In this document: piece after piece, positions 8,742 to 20,241 of the stretch
Position numbering within the stretch: position 1 is the stretch's first letter
Layout of the letters: every line of letters starts with the position of its first letter
IMG/VR virus record: IMGVR_UViG_3300043464_001630
Location: 172,392-236,391 of that record
DNA: 64,000 nt
Strand: one strand, 5' to 3'
The notes under the pieces: model-generated
The model's input: only the letters and a program-made list of their open reading frames with translations
Told to the model about the DNA's origin: nothing
Databases searched by the model: none
Position numbers and translations under genes: made by a program

Positions 8742-11700
8742 TTAGGTCGCTGACCAGTTGTCGATGTTTATCCATCCTGTTGTTCCGTCACAATCTACAT
8801 AGAATTCAAGAACACCAGTATCAGTTACTGCTGGAGAAACACCAGAAAGTTTCAAGAAAATTTCCGATGTAGTATCTAATTGATCCACCACAATGTCTGA
8901 TGCTATTCCCATTGTTGCGTTACGTTTCAATATTAAACGAGGAGATGTGCCGTTATAAGCAACACCATTATTAGCTACTGAGGATTTTCTCATATAAACA
9001 CTAATTCTAGTGGATTGTCCTGCACTTAGTGCTACGAATTTACTTCCACTGCGAAGTTTTAATGTAGTACTTTGTGGAGTTAAACGTTCAGAAGGTGCAT
9101 TAGCTGCGCTGATGTTTCCAGTTAAGGTTGAATCAACAGCACGGTTACCAGCAGCAAGATAAGTTACGTTATAACCACTAGCATTATTCATGTTGGTGAA
9201 TGCAAATCCAGTAGTTTTAAATACTTCTGGTTGATAATTAGAATTGGTTATACCAGTCCCAACTGGAAGATTGCTAACGTTTGTATTGCTGATTAGATAA
9301 GAACCTTCTACTACATTTCTAGATGCAGTAACATTGAAGCTAGACCTTCCACTAACAGTAGAGTTGATTACATTAAATTGTGAGAATTTAGTGCTGTCTA
9401 AACTAATTCCAGATCCACTTAGTCCTCCAACAATAGCATCTTTAATTAATATTGGATAATAGTTGGTTCCAGAAAGAATGCCAATACCAGCAGATGTACT
9501 TGCAACATTATTCATTAATGCTGTGATACCATCAATAGTGGTAGGTGCATTTCCTATGGAAGTTCTCATTCCATAGATGCCATTATTATTAAGTTGTAAT
9601 GAAGAGAGATTGCCAGATATGCAATAACCTTCAAATCCACCGCTTAGATTGTTATTAGCAACTAAACGATTGATGTTAAGAGTAACTGGAGTTAAATGGT
9701 TGATAGCATTACCAGATAAACGGAAACCTAAAGTAGCGTTATTAGATGCAGTAATATTACTGAAAGTAGTGTTACTTACTAAACCGGGTACTGAACCATC
9801 AATGTAGATGCCTTCTCCAATATTATGTATAGAGACGATATTAGTTAGATTTCCACATTGGCTAGCAGATAATACCAAACCGCTGTTACCGTTTCTGTAG
9901 TTAACAACGCCGGTGATATCTCCGTTTATATTTGAATTTGCAATAAGAGTTCCATTTGATCTTGCACCTATCACAGTATTGTCTGACATTGTAATTCCAG
10001 AAGAACTTACACTTGCAAAGAATAATCCAGAGCTAGCAGAACTTAGTAAAGTATTACCAGTAACAGTCAATGCAGTCGCAGATACTGAACTTAATGATAC
10101 ACCATTACCACCAGATCTAAAGAATACGTTATCTCTTAATGTTACACTTCCGATAGTAGGCTTACTACTTATGGTTGTAATATGTGTAGTACCACCAAAT
10201 CCATCAGAATTGAATGAATTACCACTTAATGTTACGAACCCATTTTGATTTACACCTACTACTAATCCTGTTTTGTTTACAGATGCAATACCAAAATTAG
10301 TGAATTGAGTATTAGTAATATTAACTTTAGCAGCATCTACAGCACGTACTGTACCGCGACTTGAAGATGAATTTCCACGAATGCTGACATTTCTGCTCAA
10401 GTTAGATACAGTTGGTACATTTCCTAAAGATGTGACTGAAGGATGGTTAAATGCTGCACTTGCTGTGGTTCTGAATGTACTGTCACCATCAAATGATGAT
10501 AGAGTCAATACATCAAAAGAATTAGCTTGGAAGGTGTTTGGCGTGAATACTACAGAATCACCTACTGACCAATTAGTAGAAACGGTATCTACAACGGTAA
10601 ATGTTCTTGCTGAAGATAAAGAATCTGCGGTTAGATATGTATATGGTTTTTTGTATGCACCATATACATTCATATTACCGCCATTATGTGCATCAATTTG
10701 TGAATTTAAGAGTGATATATTATGTTGTACTGAGCTAGGTATTGGATTAGTTGACGTACCAATTTCTAACGTACCATCAGAAGTGATTTGTAATCCTTGA
10801 GATCCAGCTACATTAATTGTTGTATTAGTTTGAGGGAATGTCAATTTTCCGCCATTATGTATGTAAATATTACCTTCTTCGATTGCAGATGCTGTCAATA
10901 TACGTGCTTCGGAAGTTAATCCATTCAATGAACCACCTATATGTAAGTTATGTAGATTTTTAATAGTGTAAGTATTATCATAAGGATGCTTATAAAGAAA
11001 TGGAGTATAACTCAATACATTTAATGGAGATGCAGGAACAGTAAAGTCGGAAGTATATAATGCCGTATTTTTTACGATTCTAAAGTTTGAAATATTACCA
11101 TTTAATCCTTCTAAGAATCCAGTATGTGGAGAAGCTCCGATATATAAATCTCTTAATGTAGAAGTAGTATTTATTGTTGTTGTTAATTTTAGAGATCCGT
11201 TTAGATATAAACGTAGACTTCCAGAAATTCTACATAAAGCTAAATGATGCCATTGATTTAATGGTACAGCTCCCCAGTTACCTACAAATGCACTATTATT
11301 ATACATATCTCCCGAACCTACATTGGTTATACGACACAATAACCCATTATCGTTTCTATAATCACCATAAGAAAAGATAGTATAATAACCACCAGACGCT
11401 GTTAATCTAAACCAACATTCTACAGTAAAATCATTTGAATCTGTATTTAAATTATTTGATGGAACGGTGATATAATTAGAATTAGAGAAATATATACTAC
11501 TATCAGTACCAATACCAAATGGTGATGCTGAAGAAAGAGTTGGTGATCCAGTTTTAGTAAGCGTACCATATTCTATAAATGTGGATGGATTTTTAGTCGT
11601 GGTAGTAATTAATCCTTTATTTACATTGCCATAACTACCCAATAAGAATGGATTACTATAAGTAGTAGTAAATCTAGTATCATATGCATCTTTCATCAAA

Positions 11701-13967
11701 AACACAGTACCTGCTACAGCAGATAATGATGATGTAGATGGAGTAAAGTTTGATGTGTATAATGCGGTTCCGTTTACGATACGAAGATTTGATATATGAC
11801 CATTAAAAAGTTCAGTATTGTCGGATGCACTACCGATTGTCATATTAGCAGTGCTGTCCATTAATAATGCAGTTGGTGTCCATGTTGCATCCAAAACACC
11901 GTTCAAAAACAATCTAAAAGTTCCAGATTGTCTTGTAACTGTAATATGATACCATGTATTAGCATTGATTGTTGTTGCTCCAGTCACGGAATTAGCAGTA
12001 CTATTTGCAAATACTTGCAATTTATTAGAACTTATTCTAATATGATATGCTACAGATCCGGCTGTTGAATTCCATGCTGTAAAACGACTAACTATTGCAC
12101 CTGCTGAAGTGTCATTTCTATAAATCCAAGCTTCTATTGTGAAGTCTCCAGTTCCGAATGAAAATGTTGGATTGTACGGAGCTGTCAAATAAGTCGTACT
12201 ACCATTAAATCTAATACTACTATCAGTACCAACACCGAATGGTGATGCTGAAGAAAGTACTGGTGTATTAGTTGCACCATAAGTAAATGGCGAATACGGA
12301 GCTTTTAATAATAAAGAAGTATTAGCGATATTTAAGAGTGGTGCTGTGGGTACGGCAAAATTAGATGTGTATACCGCAGTACCATTTACGATACGAAGAT
12401 TTGAAATATAACCTTTATGGTAATTTTGTATGATTGTACCTAGAGTTCCAATATTCAATGCTCCACCAGCAAGGGAAAGTGCTCCTGTATACGTTGCTCC
12501 TTCTTGGACACCATTCAAAAACATTTTATAAGAGCCGGGGCTACCTGCAACGGTTATATGATACCAAATGTTGGATTGAATATTAGTAGTACCTATAATA
12601 TGTGGTGGATTTCCAGCACCATAAAATCCAAATTTGGAATCATAATACTGCAATGTCCATCCAGCACCTGTGTTTAAATAGTTAGATGCAATAACATGAT
12701 TGTTTAAATCATCAAATCGTACCCAAGCTTCGATTGTAAATGTACCGGAAGGAAAATCAAAACCATTAGATTTAGGTGTAGTTAGATAATCCGTAGTTCC
12801 ATTAAAATACAAACTACCATCTTCTGCATTAACCCCACTAAATGGAGTCATTTCACTAACATAAGTTGGTGATGTTGGTGATTTATAGTTTGCTGTTGTA
12901 AATCCTGAATCTAAAGCTAATGGTGAAGAGGGAACTGTAAAGTTTTTAGTGTATAAAGCTCTACCTGCAATTACACGCGCATTCGTAACAGAACCGTTTA
13001 GATACCACCATGCACCACCATAAACTGATGCACCGATTTGAATACCATAATTAGTGTTATTGAAATAATTAACGGTATTGGCTTGCGGCGTTAAAGATAC
13101 ACCATTTACATAAGGAGTTAATACTCCATTTTTTCTACATATAGCTATATGAGTCCAAACCCCAACAGTAGGAGTGTAATCAAAACTTGGTCGACTTTCA
13201 ACATCAGTGTATCTTGTGAACCATATTTTACCGTCATTCCAAAAAAGATGCCAATCATGCGGATAATATGGACTGCCATTATATCCAATACCTTTCATTA
13301 ATAAAGGATAGTATGTAGCAGTGCTGTTTATTTTAAACCATGTTTCAATAGTAAAATCTCCTGTACCGAATACCGTATCGTTATAACCTTCAAAATTTAA
13401 TTTATTGCTGCTACTAGAATTGAATACATAGCTAGTTTCTAGTGGTGAACTTAAAAATGGCGAATCAGATTGTGTAAACGTTCCATTAAAAGTGCCTATC
13501 ACGTCTTTACTATCTTCAAAAGCTGTTAATACACCAACTAAAGATAATTGATTAGGATCTGATGTTAAAAAATCCAAACGAATTCTACTACCAGATGTAG
13601 AAGCGAAAGGGGTGGTTAATTTTAAAATTTGCCAATTTTGTGATGCATTAGAAATTAAATTATTTCTTCCATCGTATGATGTAAAAGAGCTAATAGCATA
13701 AGTTTCGGTAACATATGATGCTCCTGAAGATAACATCATCGACAATGTCCCTGTAGGATTAGCTGCACGGAAATTTACGTTTATTGCTACTGCTGATAAA
13801 GTACTACCATCAGAAGTGATAGAATATATACTTATGTTAGGATTACCGTAGGATGTACCTACATTTATGTTTGATGTACCGTTAAAAAGATCCGCAGAGG
13901 ATAATGTTTGACCGAATACATTTGAATCAGTTAAATTACCATCATTTAAAGAGAATAGAGTTGGCAT
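8742..13967 (-). CDS. Large adhesin or tail-spike-like protein: four LamG/ConA-like domains plus G8-like and right-handed beta-helix regions
   Basis: Repeated GDFTIE(A/T)W..W.H....R....G.ISNLRIV units; Asn/Gly-rich PbH1-like repeats. Confidence 0.8.
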   Translation of the reverse strand: MPTLFSLNDGNLTDSNVFGQTLSSADLFNGTSNINVGTSYGNPNISIYSITSDGSTLSAVAINVNFRAANPTGTLSMMLSSGASYVTETYAISSFTSYDGRNNLISNASQNWQILKLTTPFASTSGSRIRLDFLTSDPNQLSLVGVLTAFEDSKDVIGTFNGTFTQSDSPFLSSPLETSYVFNSSSSNKLNFEGYNDTVFGTGDFTIETWFKINSTATYYPLLMKGIGYNGSPYYPHDWHLFWNDGKIWFTRYTDVESRPSFDYTPTVGVWTHIAICRKNGVLTPYVNGVSLTPQANTVNYFNNTNYGIQIGASVYGGAWWYLNGSVTNARVIAGRALYTKNFTVPSSPLALDSGFTTANYKSPTSPTYVSEMTPFSGVNAEDGSLYFNGTTDYLTTPKSNGFDFPSGTFTIEAWVRFDDLNNHVIASNYLNTGAGWTLQYYDSKFGFYGAGNPPHIIGTTNIQSNIWYHITVAGSPGSYKMFLNGVQEGATYTGALSLAGGALNIGTLGTIIQNYHKGYISNLRIVNGTAVYTSNFAVPTAPLLNIANTSLLLKAPYSPFTYGATNTPVLSSASPFGVGTDSSIRFNGSTTYLTAPYNPTFSFGTGDFTIEAWIYRNDTSAGAIVSRFTAWNSTAGSVAYHIRISSNKLQVFANSTANSVTGATTINANTWYHITVTRQSGTFRLFLNGVLDATWTPTALLMDSTANMTIGSASDNTELFNGHISNLRIVNGTALYTSNFTPSTSSLSAVAGTVFLMKDAYDTRFTTTYSNPFLLGSYGNVNKGLITTTTKNPSTFIEYGTLTKTGSPTLSSASPFGIGTDSSIYFSNSNYITVPSNNLNTDSNDFTVECWFRLTASGGYYTIFSYGDYRNDNGLLCRITNVGSGDMYNNSAFVGNWGAVPLNQWHHLALCRISGSLRLYLNGSLKLTTTINTTSTLRDLYIGASPHTGFLEGLNGNISNFRIVKNTALYTSDFTVPASPLNVLSYTPFLYKHPYDNTYTIKNLHNLHIGGSLNGLTSEARILTASAIEEGNIYIHNGGKLTFPQTNTTINVAGSQGLQITSDGTLEIGTSTNPIPSSVQHNISLLNSQIDAHNGGNMNVYGAYKKPYTYLTADSLSSARTFTVVDTVSTNWSVGDSVVFTPNTFQANSFDVLTLSSFDGDSTFRTTASAAFNHPSVTSLGNVPTVSNLSRNVSIRGNSSSSRGTVRAVDAAKVNITNTQFTNFGIASVNKTGLVVGVNQNGFVTLSGNSFNSDGFGGTTHITTISSKPTIGSVTLRDNVFFRSGGNGVSLSSVSATALTVTGNTLLSSASSGLFFASVSSSGITMSDNTVIGARSNGTLIANSNINGDITGVVNYRNGNSGLVLSASQCGNLTNIVSIHNIGEGIYIDGSVPGLVSNTTFSNITASNNATLGFRLSGNAINHLTPVTLNINRLVANNNLSGGFEGYCISGNLSSLQLNNNGIYGMRTSIGNAPTTIDGITALMNNVASTSAGIGILSGTNYYPILIKDAIVGGLSGSGISLDSTKFSQFNVINSTVSGRSSFNVTASRNVVEGSYLISNTNVSNLPVGTGITNSNYQPEVFKTTGFAFTNMNNASGYNVTYLAAGNRAVDSTLTGNISAANAPSERLTPQSTTLKLRSGSKFVALSAGQSTRISVYMRKSSVANNGVAYNGTSPRLILKRNATMGIASDIVVDQLDTTSEIFLKLSGVSPAVTDTGVLEFYVDCDGTTGWINIDNWSAT

Positions 13968-13986
13968 AATTTATAAAAAAAAAGTT

Positions 13987-16900
13987 TTAGGTTAAAGACC
14001 AGTTATCGACATTTACAGAACCTGAAGTTCCAGAACAATCTACATATACTTCGAAAATTCCAGCCCTAGCTGCTGCGGGGATTAATCCAGTTAATAGTAC
14101 CCATGAATCGGTAGTTGATGTAGTAGCTAATACTGTATCAGAAGCGTATCCTAACGAAGGATTACGTTTAAGCATCAATCTAGGAGTTGGTGAAGTACTG
14201 TAAACATATACACCTACTGTATAGCTATCACCAGAATTCACAGGAACTAACTTAGAACCACAACGAAGCTTTTTAGTCTCTGAAGTAGGTTCTAGTTTTT
14301 CTGAAATTAAATTACTGCTATAGTAACGAACAGTATCAGAAGAAATTTTACCAGCAGGAGTCCATCGGAAATGATTGTTAGATACGCCTCCAACTTTCAT
14401 TGCAGCAAATCCAGTCTCTAAGAACGTTTCTGACTGGTAATTAGCTAAAGTTGAAGAAAGAATTCCAGTATTGAAAGTGCAGTTATTAAATTGATAAGAA
14501 CCTTCTAAAAGATTACGATTAGCGAGAGTCTTTACATCTACGTATGAACTTAATGTAGAAGATTCTAATGCAAATTGTTCAAATTTTGAACTATCAAGTA
14601 AAAGTGCGGAACCGTTATCAGCAGATAAAGTACTACTAATCAACCTAGCATTTTTAATTACAGTTGGGAAATAATTAGATCCACTAAGAATACCAAATGC
14701 ACAGATTCCTGAGAATACATCTTTATAAATTGTTCCATATGGATCATTATAGAGAAGTACCGTGTTTGGTATTACATTTAATGGTGCTGCAATAGGAGTG
14801 AAATTATTCGTATATAATTCGATATTTTTAACAATTCTAATATTAGAAAGATATCCATTATATTGATGATTTACAGTACCAGTAGCATCTACATAACCAA
14901 TTCTTAAATCGTTATTAGCAGCACCGGGTCTACTGAAGTTTGATATCCTATTTTTTAATACACCGTCTACGAAAATAGAAGCATTACTACCATTTAATGT
15001 AACTGCAACATGATGCCAAGTGTTAATTTGTATTGAATTAGCAGCGGCTCCTATTCCCGTTACCCCACCAGCAGGTATACCTACCCCTATACTACCATCA
15101 GAACCAAATGTAAACCATACTAGAGAAGAAGTGGATGCATTGCCTCCAGTCATGATTAATCGGCAACTATTACCAGCAGAAGGTAGATTTAAGGTATACA
15201 TCCAAAATTCGTATGTAATCACATTATTACTAGCAATGGACAAATCATATACATTTGCTGTATATGGACTGATAGTAAGAGAATCGCTTGGATTGAATCG
15301 GATGCTACTATCAGTACCAACGCCAAATGGAGATGCTGATGATAAAGTTGTACCAGTTTTGGTTAATGTATTTCCTGAAGAGAAAGTACCTTGTGAAGTT
15401 ACTCCATCAAAAGTAGTAGCTCCGTTACCAATGCTGGTTTTAATTCCATAACCAACATTGTTGTTTAATGTCATGGAACTTAAATTACCAGTTATTGCAT
15501 AACCTTCAAATCCAGCATCACCGTTGTTATTTGCTAATACATTGTTGATATTAACAGTAATTGGTAAAAGTAGATTACCGCTACCTCCAGATAGTTCTAA
15601 ACCAACAGTAGTATTATTATTTGCTGTTATATTACTAAAGATTGTAGAAGATAATTGAGGAATAGTTCCAGAAATGTTAACACCTTCTTTAGTGTTATAA
15701 TGACCAGCTAAACCATTGTAATTAGCACGGTTATTTGTACCAGCGACCACAGAACCGCAATTTCCGTTCATACAGCCAATACCACCAATAGTTCCACTCA
15801 CCAAATAGGGATTAACCACACGCAAACCATTTTGTGTATTACCAATTAAGAAGTTGTTCTTAATATCTGCATAAGTAGAACTTAATGCATTAACGAACAT
15901 TCCGTTTTGTGAAGATCCAATAACAATGTTATCAGTAAATGTAAAATTATTAGCAGAAACTGCATTTAATGTTATGATATCTGTAGTAGCACCATAACCA
16001 CGGAAATTACATCCTTTAATAGATACATTCCATGTAGGAGTTTTTGTTGCATCAAAAGAAAATGCTGGCATTGATGCAGCACCACTTCCATTAAAAGCAC
16101 AGTTACTTAAAGAAACAGATCCTGTAGAATTTGTACAGAATTGTAATCCTTTGTAGGTAGTGTTTGATAAATTATTAAATTGAACATTGTTTAGGTTACT
16201 AACTGAACCTTCTAAGAAACGAATATATCCGAAAGTTGTATTCGTTCCTACGAAACGTACATTCCGTGTCATATTAACAATGCTAGGAATATAATCACTT
16301 GCATTATGTGTGAAGGCGGCAACATTCCATGCGCTTAATACTCCAGAATTGATAGTTTTAGCAGTTGTGGTTTCAAATGTAGTATAGGTTGTGGTGTTTG
16401 GCGTGATTACTATAACATCTCCACCACTTACAGTAGTATTATTAGCAATCCAATTTGATACATTCGTGATTAATGGATAACTACCAGACCCAACTACTGT
16501 ATTTGCACTTAATAATGCGAAAGGAGTTTTGTAAGAACCATAAGCGTTTAATGATGCACCATTATGAACATTAATAAAAGAATTGTTTAAATTTATGGTA
16601 TGAACTTTGTCAGCCTCTATGGGATTAGCAGAAGTTCCTATATTAACAGTACCATTAGGAGTAATCTGCATTCCATTTGCACCAGTTAATGTCAATGTAG
16701 TATTAACTATTGTATGGAAATTTAATGTTCCTCCATTATGTACATAGAAATTTCCTAATGAAAGAGCACTTAGGTTATATTCTACTACTCTTGGTAGTAA
16801 TTCGGTATTATTGAGATTTCCTACAATATGTACTACGTCAGCATTAACAGGAACGCCATTAGTAGTAGTTACGTAGTGTCGGTTTAAATTTGTTAAAGCA

Positions 16901-17334
16901 GTACCAATGAGTGATACTTTATTAGCGACCGAAGTTTTTACTCCAATCGTCATAGTTGTCGAATTAGGAAAACTAATAGGAGTAGGTAAAGTAAAGTATT
17001 GCCAGCCTTGTGGATGACCCGGAGTAATGTTACTATGACTGGTGTATAATGTTAATCCACTGACTGGAAATGAAACAGTTCCTGTTGAACTTCCATTAGA
17101 TCCACTTAGAATTAAATCTACAGTACCAGTTGGCGATCCATTCACCGCTGAAAGTTGTAATGCTATACCACAATATGTAGACCCGTTAGAGGTAGCAAGA
17201 GTTGTTGGATAGCTAAATGATGTGGTTAATAAATTTCCAACAGTTCCGCCAGTTACATCTCCCGCAGATAAAGTAGCGGCAAATACACTAGAAGTATTGA
17301 AATATCCGTCGTTAATTGAAAAATACGTTGGCAT
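13987..17334 (-). CDS. Paralogous adhesin or tail-spike-like protein with a beta-helix and one LamG domain
   Basis: Collinear with 8742-13967 (MPTxFSxNDG...E(F/V)YVDCxGT(T/S)GxxNxDNWS). Confidence 0.8.
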   Translation of the reverse strand: MPTYFSINDGYFNTSSVFAATLSAGDVTGGTVGNLLTTSFSYPTTLATSNGSTYCGIALQLSAVNGSPTGTVDLILSGSNGSSTGTVSFPVSGLTLYTSHSNITPGHPQGWQYFTLPTPISFPNSTTMTIGVKTSVANKVSLIGTALTNLNRHYVTTTNGVPVNADVVHIVGNLNNTELLPRVVEYNLSALSLGNFYVHNGGTLNFHTIVNTTLTLTGANGMQITPNGTVNIGTSANPIEADKVHTINLNNSFINVHNGASLNAYGSYKTPFALLSANTVVGSGSYPLITNVSNWIANNTTVSGGDVIVITPNTTTYTTFETTTAKTINSGVLSAWNVAAFTHNASDYIPSIVNMTRNVRFVGTNTTFGYIRFLEGSVSNLNNVQFNNLSNTTYKGLQFCTNSTGSVSLSNCAFNGSGAASMPAFSFDATKTPTWNVSIKGCNFRGYGATTDIITLNAVSANNFTFTDNIVIGSSQNGMFVNALSSTYADIKNNFLIGNTQNGLRVVNPYLVSGTIGGIGCMNGNCGSVVAGTNNRANYNGLAGHYNTKEGVNISGTIPQLSSTIFSNITANNNTTVGLELSGGSGNLLLPITVNINNVLANNNGDAGFEGYAITGNLSSMTLNNNVGYGIKTSIGNGATTFDGVTSQGTFSSGNTLTKTGTTLSSASPFGVGTDSSIRFNPSDSLTISPYTANVYDLSIASNNVITYEFWMYTLNLPSAGNSCRLIMTGGNASTSSLVWFTFGSDGSIGVGIPAGGVTGIGAAANSIQINTWHHVAVTLNGSNASIFVDGVLKNRISNFSRPGAANNDLRIGYVDATGTVNHQYNGYLSNIRIVKNIELYTNNFTPIAAPLNVIPNTVLLYNDPYGTIYKDVFSGICAFGILSGSNYFPTVIKNARLISSTLSADNGSALLLDSSKFEQFALESSTLSSYVDVKTLANRNLLEGSYQFNNCTFNTGILSSTLANYQSETFLETGFAAMKVGGVSNNHFRWTPAGKISSDTVRYYSSNLISEKLEPTSETKKLRCGSKLVPVNSGDSYTVGVYVYSTSPTPRLMLKRNPSLGYASDTVLATTSTTDSWVLLTGLIPAAARAGIFEVYVDCSGTSGSVNVDNWSLT

Positions 17335-17346
17335 TGTTTAAAAAAG

Positions 17347-17793
17347 TTAAATTTGTTCTTCTATTGTTGAAGGAGATTCTTCCGTGGTAGTTTCTGTTGC
17401 GGAAAGATCTTCTACGATAGTTTCTGATGCTGAAAGATTTTCTACGATAGTTTCTGATGCTGAAAGATTTTCTACGATAGTTTCTTGTTCTGCTGCGATT
17501 CTTTCTGCTTCTAATTGCGCCGCTATTAGTCGTTCTGCCTCTAAGAGTCGTTCTGTTTCTAATCTTTCTAATTCTAATTGTGCTGCTATTTTTCGGTCTT
17601 CTTCAAGTTGTACTTGTTCTGCAATAATACGAATAGCTAGTTCTGTCATTGCTTCTTCTGTGTGTTCCTCGTGTTTAAAAATAACGGGAATGTTCAATTC
17701 TGGAAGAATAGAATCAGAGTCGGTTAGATTTAATTTAAAACTACATAACCCAAACTGTTCCAACTCTTTAGTGAACGTATAAGCGTAAGGCAT
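17347..17793 (-). CDS. Acidic coiled-coil protein with a 10-aa C-terminal repeat
   Basis: ETIVE(N/D)LSA occurs three times as 30-bp DNA repeats; TAAATA box upstream. Confidence 0.65.
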   Translation of the reverse strand: MPYAYTFTKELEQFGLCSFKLNLTDSDSILPELNIPVIFKHEEHTEEAMTELAIRIIAEQVQLEEDRKIAAQLELERLETERLLEAERLIAAQLEAERIAAEQETIVENLSASETIVENLSASETIVEDLSATETTTEESPSTIEEQI

Positions 17794-17828
17794 ATTATTA
17801 TTTATCCAATTTATGCCTATTTTTCCTT

Positions 17829-18122
17829 TTAGAAATCGAATAATCTTAGTGCTCTCTGTTGTCCATTTATATTGACTATTAAATAATCATTCGATGCGCT
17901 GGCGTTTTGTAGAGTGGTTACTGTGCTATTTTCCAGCAATGAAGTAAAATCACCAGCAATTGGAATTATTTCTTCGGCATCTCCATTTCCGTTGTTTCCC
18001 AGACCATAATAAAGTACGCGATTCACCTCATTAAAGGCTAATTCACCATTATGTAACGAATTAGGTGCTCCGCTTTGACCCGAATTTCTTCGTTTTATTA
18101 AAATAGTTCTACTAGGTTCCAT
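17829..18122 (-). CDS. Small protein with an Mtd_N-like 'IKRR..GELAFNEV' fibre N-terminal module
   Basis: Motif shared with four other ORFs in the window. Confidence 0.7.
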   Translation of the reverse strand: MEPSRTILIKRRNSGQSGAPNSLHNGELAFNEVNRVLYYGLGNNGNGDAEEIIPIAGDFTSLLENSTVTTLQNASASNDYLIVNINGQQRALRLFDF

Positions 18123-18171
18123 CGCTTTCTGAGTATTTAGGAGAAAAAACGATTATTTCATCATATCAAAA

Positions 18172-18207
18172 CAAAAAAAAGAAGGAGCAGTTTCCCGCTC
18201 CTTCTTT
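18172..18207 (-). terminator. Intrinsic terminator
   Basis: AAAGAAGGAGC/GCTCCTTCTTT hairpin next to an A8 run. Confidence 0.75.
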
Positions 18208-18232
18208 AAAACTAATTTTTATTTAATTTTTG

Positions 18233-20236
18233 TTAACTACGTATGCCTTTTAATGAAATATTGATCATAGAGGCATTAGACGCAGTAGTGACATAGAATT
18301 CTAAGAATTCTCCTGCACTAACATTTGTCCAGCTAGCAGATAAGTTACGATTTTTTTGTTGATTTGATAAAGTTAAGAAATCAGTTCCAAGAATTCCAAC
18401 AGTAGTTGGGAAATCTCCAAATGAAGCTTTACGAACATCAACAATAAATGTAGTTGTTTGTATATCAGCAACAATATGCCATTCTTGTACTGTGAAATTA
18501 GTGGGAATCTGAACGAATCCTTTACTTCCAGTTGTGATAGCAACACCACCACCATCAATTGTGTAATTTATTGATCCAGCAGATCCAGCTATCCAGCTTG
18601 CGGAATTCGCAGCAATTAATGTCTGAGTTGTGGCAGCATTTGATAATCTACTATCTGAAGTTAATACAATAGAAGCAGAATTTGCAGTTACATAGCTATA
18701 AGCAGTACTTGCATTTGATAAACGCGCATCAGAAGTGTTTACAAAACCAGCAGAAGCTCCAGTTAAGTAGCTATATGATGTATTGGCTCTTGCTAAACGT
18801 ACATCGTCGCTATAAACTGCGGCAGCAGAAGTTGTCTTGAAATGGTTATAAACCACAGAAACCCCTTGCCATGTACCGCTATTTTCTCCTACAAAAGTAT
18901 AGAGTTCTTCGAAATCGGTTACATCGGTTTTGCCGCTTAGAATAGTTCCTAATCCAGTAACTTCACTAATTGCATGGGTATGGGCTAGAGGAGTACGAGA
19001 ATTAGTTAGTCTTGAATCGTTAGTGAATACTAAAGAACCTGAATTTGCTTGTACATAGGTATAAGCCGAATATCCTTGTTCTGTTCCACCACCCCATTGT
19101 GCGCTATTAGTAGCTAATACAGTGAAGCGAGGATCGGTTGCTAATGCATAGTTACCGCTGGCTTGTTTACCATCAATATTAGACTGTAGAGTGTTTAATG
19201 AAGATTGTAGACCATTAACAGCAGAAATCTCATGTGTATGAAGATCTACTGGGAATGATACTGGTTTATTAGCAATTGCACTCCATTCTGGGGTAATGTC
19301 AGCTAATAATACGTATGAAGAGTCATAACGTTTATCTCCACTTCCTGTATATACCCAGCGATAACCATCAGTAGTAGTACATACAGTTCCTTGATTAATC
19401 GCAGATAATAAGTAAGTGAAATGATCGATACCGCCATAGAATAAACCAGTAGAAGTATACATCCCACCGGGGATTAATACTTGTTCTTGTGAAGGAACAA
19501 CAGGTAATCTATCTACATGGATTTTACCAGATACAATAGCTGATGCATCGTGGGTATGTGCTAATGGATTACGTGAATCTGATAATCTACCATCTCCTTC
19601 AAGTATAAAATCAGCAGAATTTGCATTTAAAAAAGTATATGCAGCATTACCGTTGGGTGAATCTGCTAAACGTGAATCATTTGTATATACTAGTGATGCA
19701 GAAATAGACTTAACAAAAGCAGATGCAGCATCCCATTCAGGAGCATTAGTAGTATCACTATTCATCCATGCAGCACTGTTTTGGGACATGATGCTGTATA
19801 CAGAATTCCAATTTATATAATATTCTCCGTTTGATGTTAAGAAATCGGTAAAATCTGTTTGTAAAGAACCGGATATGCTTTGAACATAACTAGCCACTGC
19901 ATCCCAGATAGGAGCATTTGTGGCATCACCAGTTCCTCCACCACCACCACCACCACTTTCTCCACTAAGTGCCCAAATAGCACTATTAGAGATTACTGCT
20001 GTATATGCAGCATCCCAGTTAGCAGAATTTTGTTGTACTAGTGAAGCAGTAATGATTGGAATTACATCACCAATTGTTCCTAAGTTTACTGAGGTGTTAC
20101 CGAATGTAGCACTTAATGCAATAGTACCTAAATTCTTTGCAGCATTTAAAAATGCTCCATATTTGATAGTACCAGCATTTTGTGCTAATTGGTTAAAACT
20201 TCCTAAGCCGTCGAGTTGAGAGTTTGTGTTTGACAT
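18233..20236 (-). CDS. Tail-fibre-like protein
   Basis: HTH..I-type fibre motifs, DSRL and NSA repeats; C-terminal domain homologous to that of the 1330-aa fibre. Confidence 0.75.
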   Translation of the reverse strand: MSNTNSQLDGLGSFNQLAQNAGTIKYGAFLNAAKNLGTIALSATFGNTSVNLGTIGDVIPIITASLVQQNSANWDAAYTAVISNSAIWALSGESGGGGGGGTGDATNAPIWDAVASYVQSISGSLQTDFTDFLTSNGEYYINWNSVYSIMSQNSAAWMNSDTTNAPEWDAASAFVKSISASLVYTNDSRLADSPNGNAAYTFLNANSADFILEGDGRLSDSRNPLAHTHDASAIVSGKIHVDRLPVVPSQEQVLIPGGMYTSTGLFYGGIDHFTYLLSAINQGTVCTTTDGYRWVYTGSGDKRYDSSYVLLADITPEWSAIANKPVSFPVDLHTHEISAVNGLQSSLNTLQSNIDGKQASGNYALATDPRFTVLATNSAQWGGGTEQGYSAYTYVQANSGSLVFTNDSRLTNSRTPLAHTHAISEVTGLGTILSGKTDVTDFEELYTFVGENSGTWQGVSVVYNHFKTTSAAAVYSDDVRLARANTSYSYLTGASAGFVNTSDARLSNASTAYSYVTANSASIVLTSDSRLSNAATTQTLIAANSASWIAGSAGSINYTIDGGGVAITTGSKGFVQIPTNFTVQEWHIVADIQTTTFIVDVRKASFGDFPTTVGILGTDFLTLSNQQKNRNLSASWTNVSAGEFLEFYVTTASNASMINISLKGIRS

Positions 20237-20241
20237 AAATA

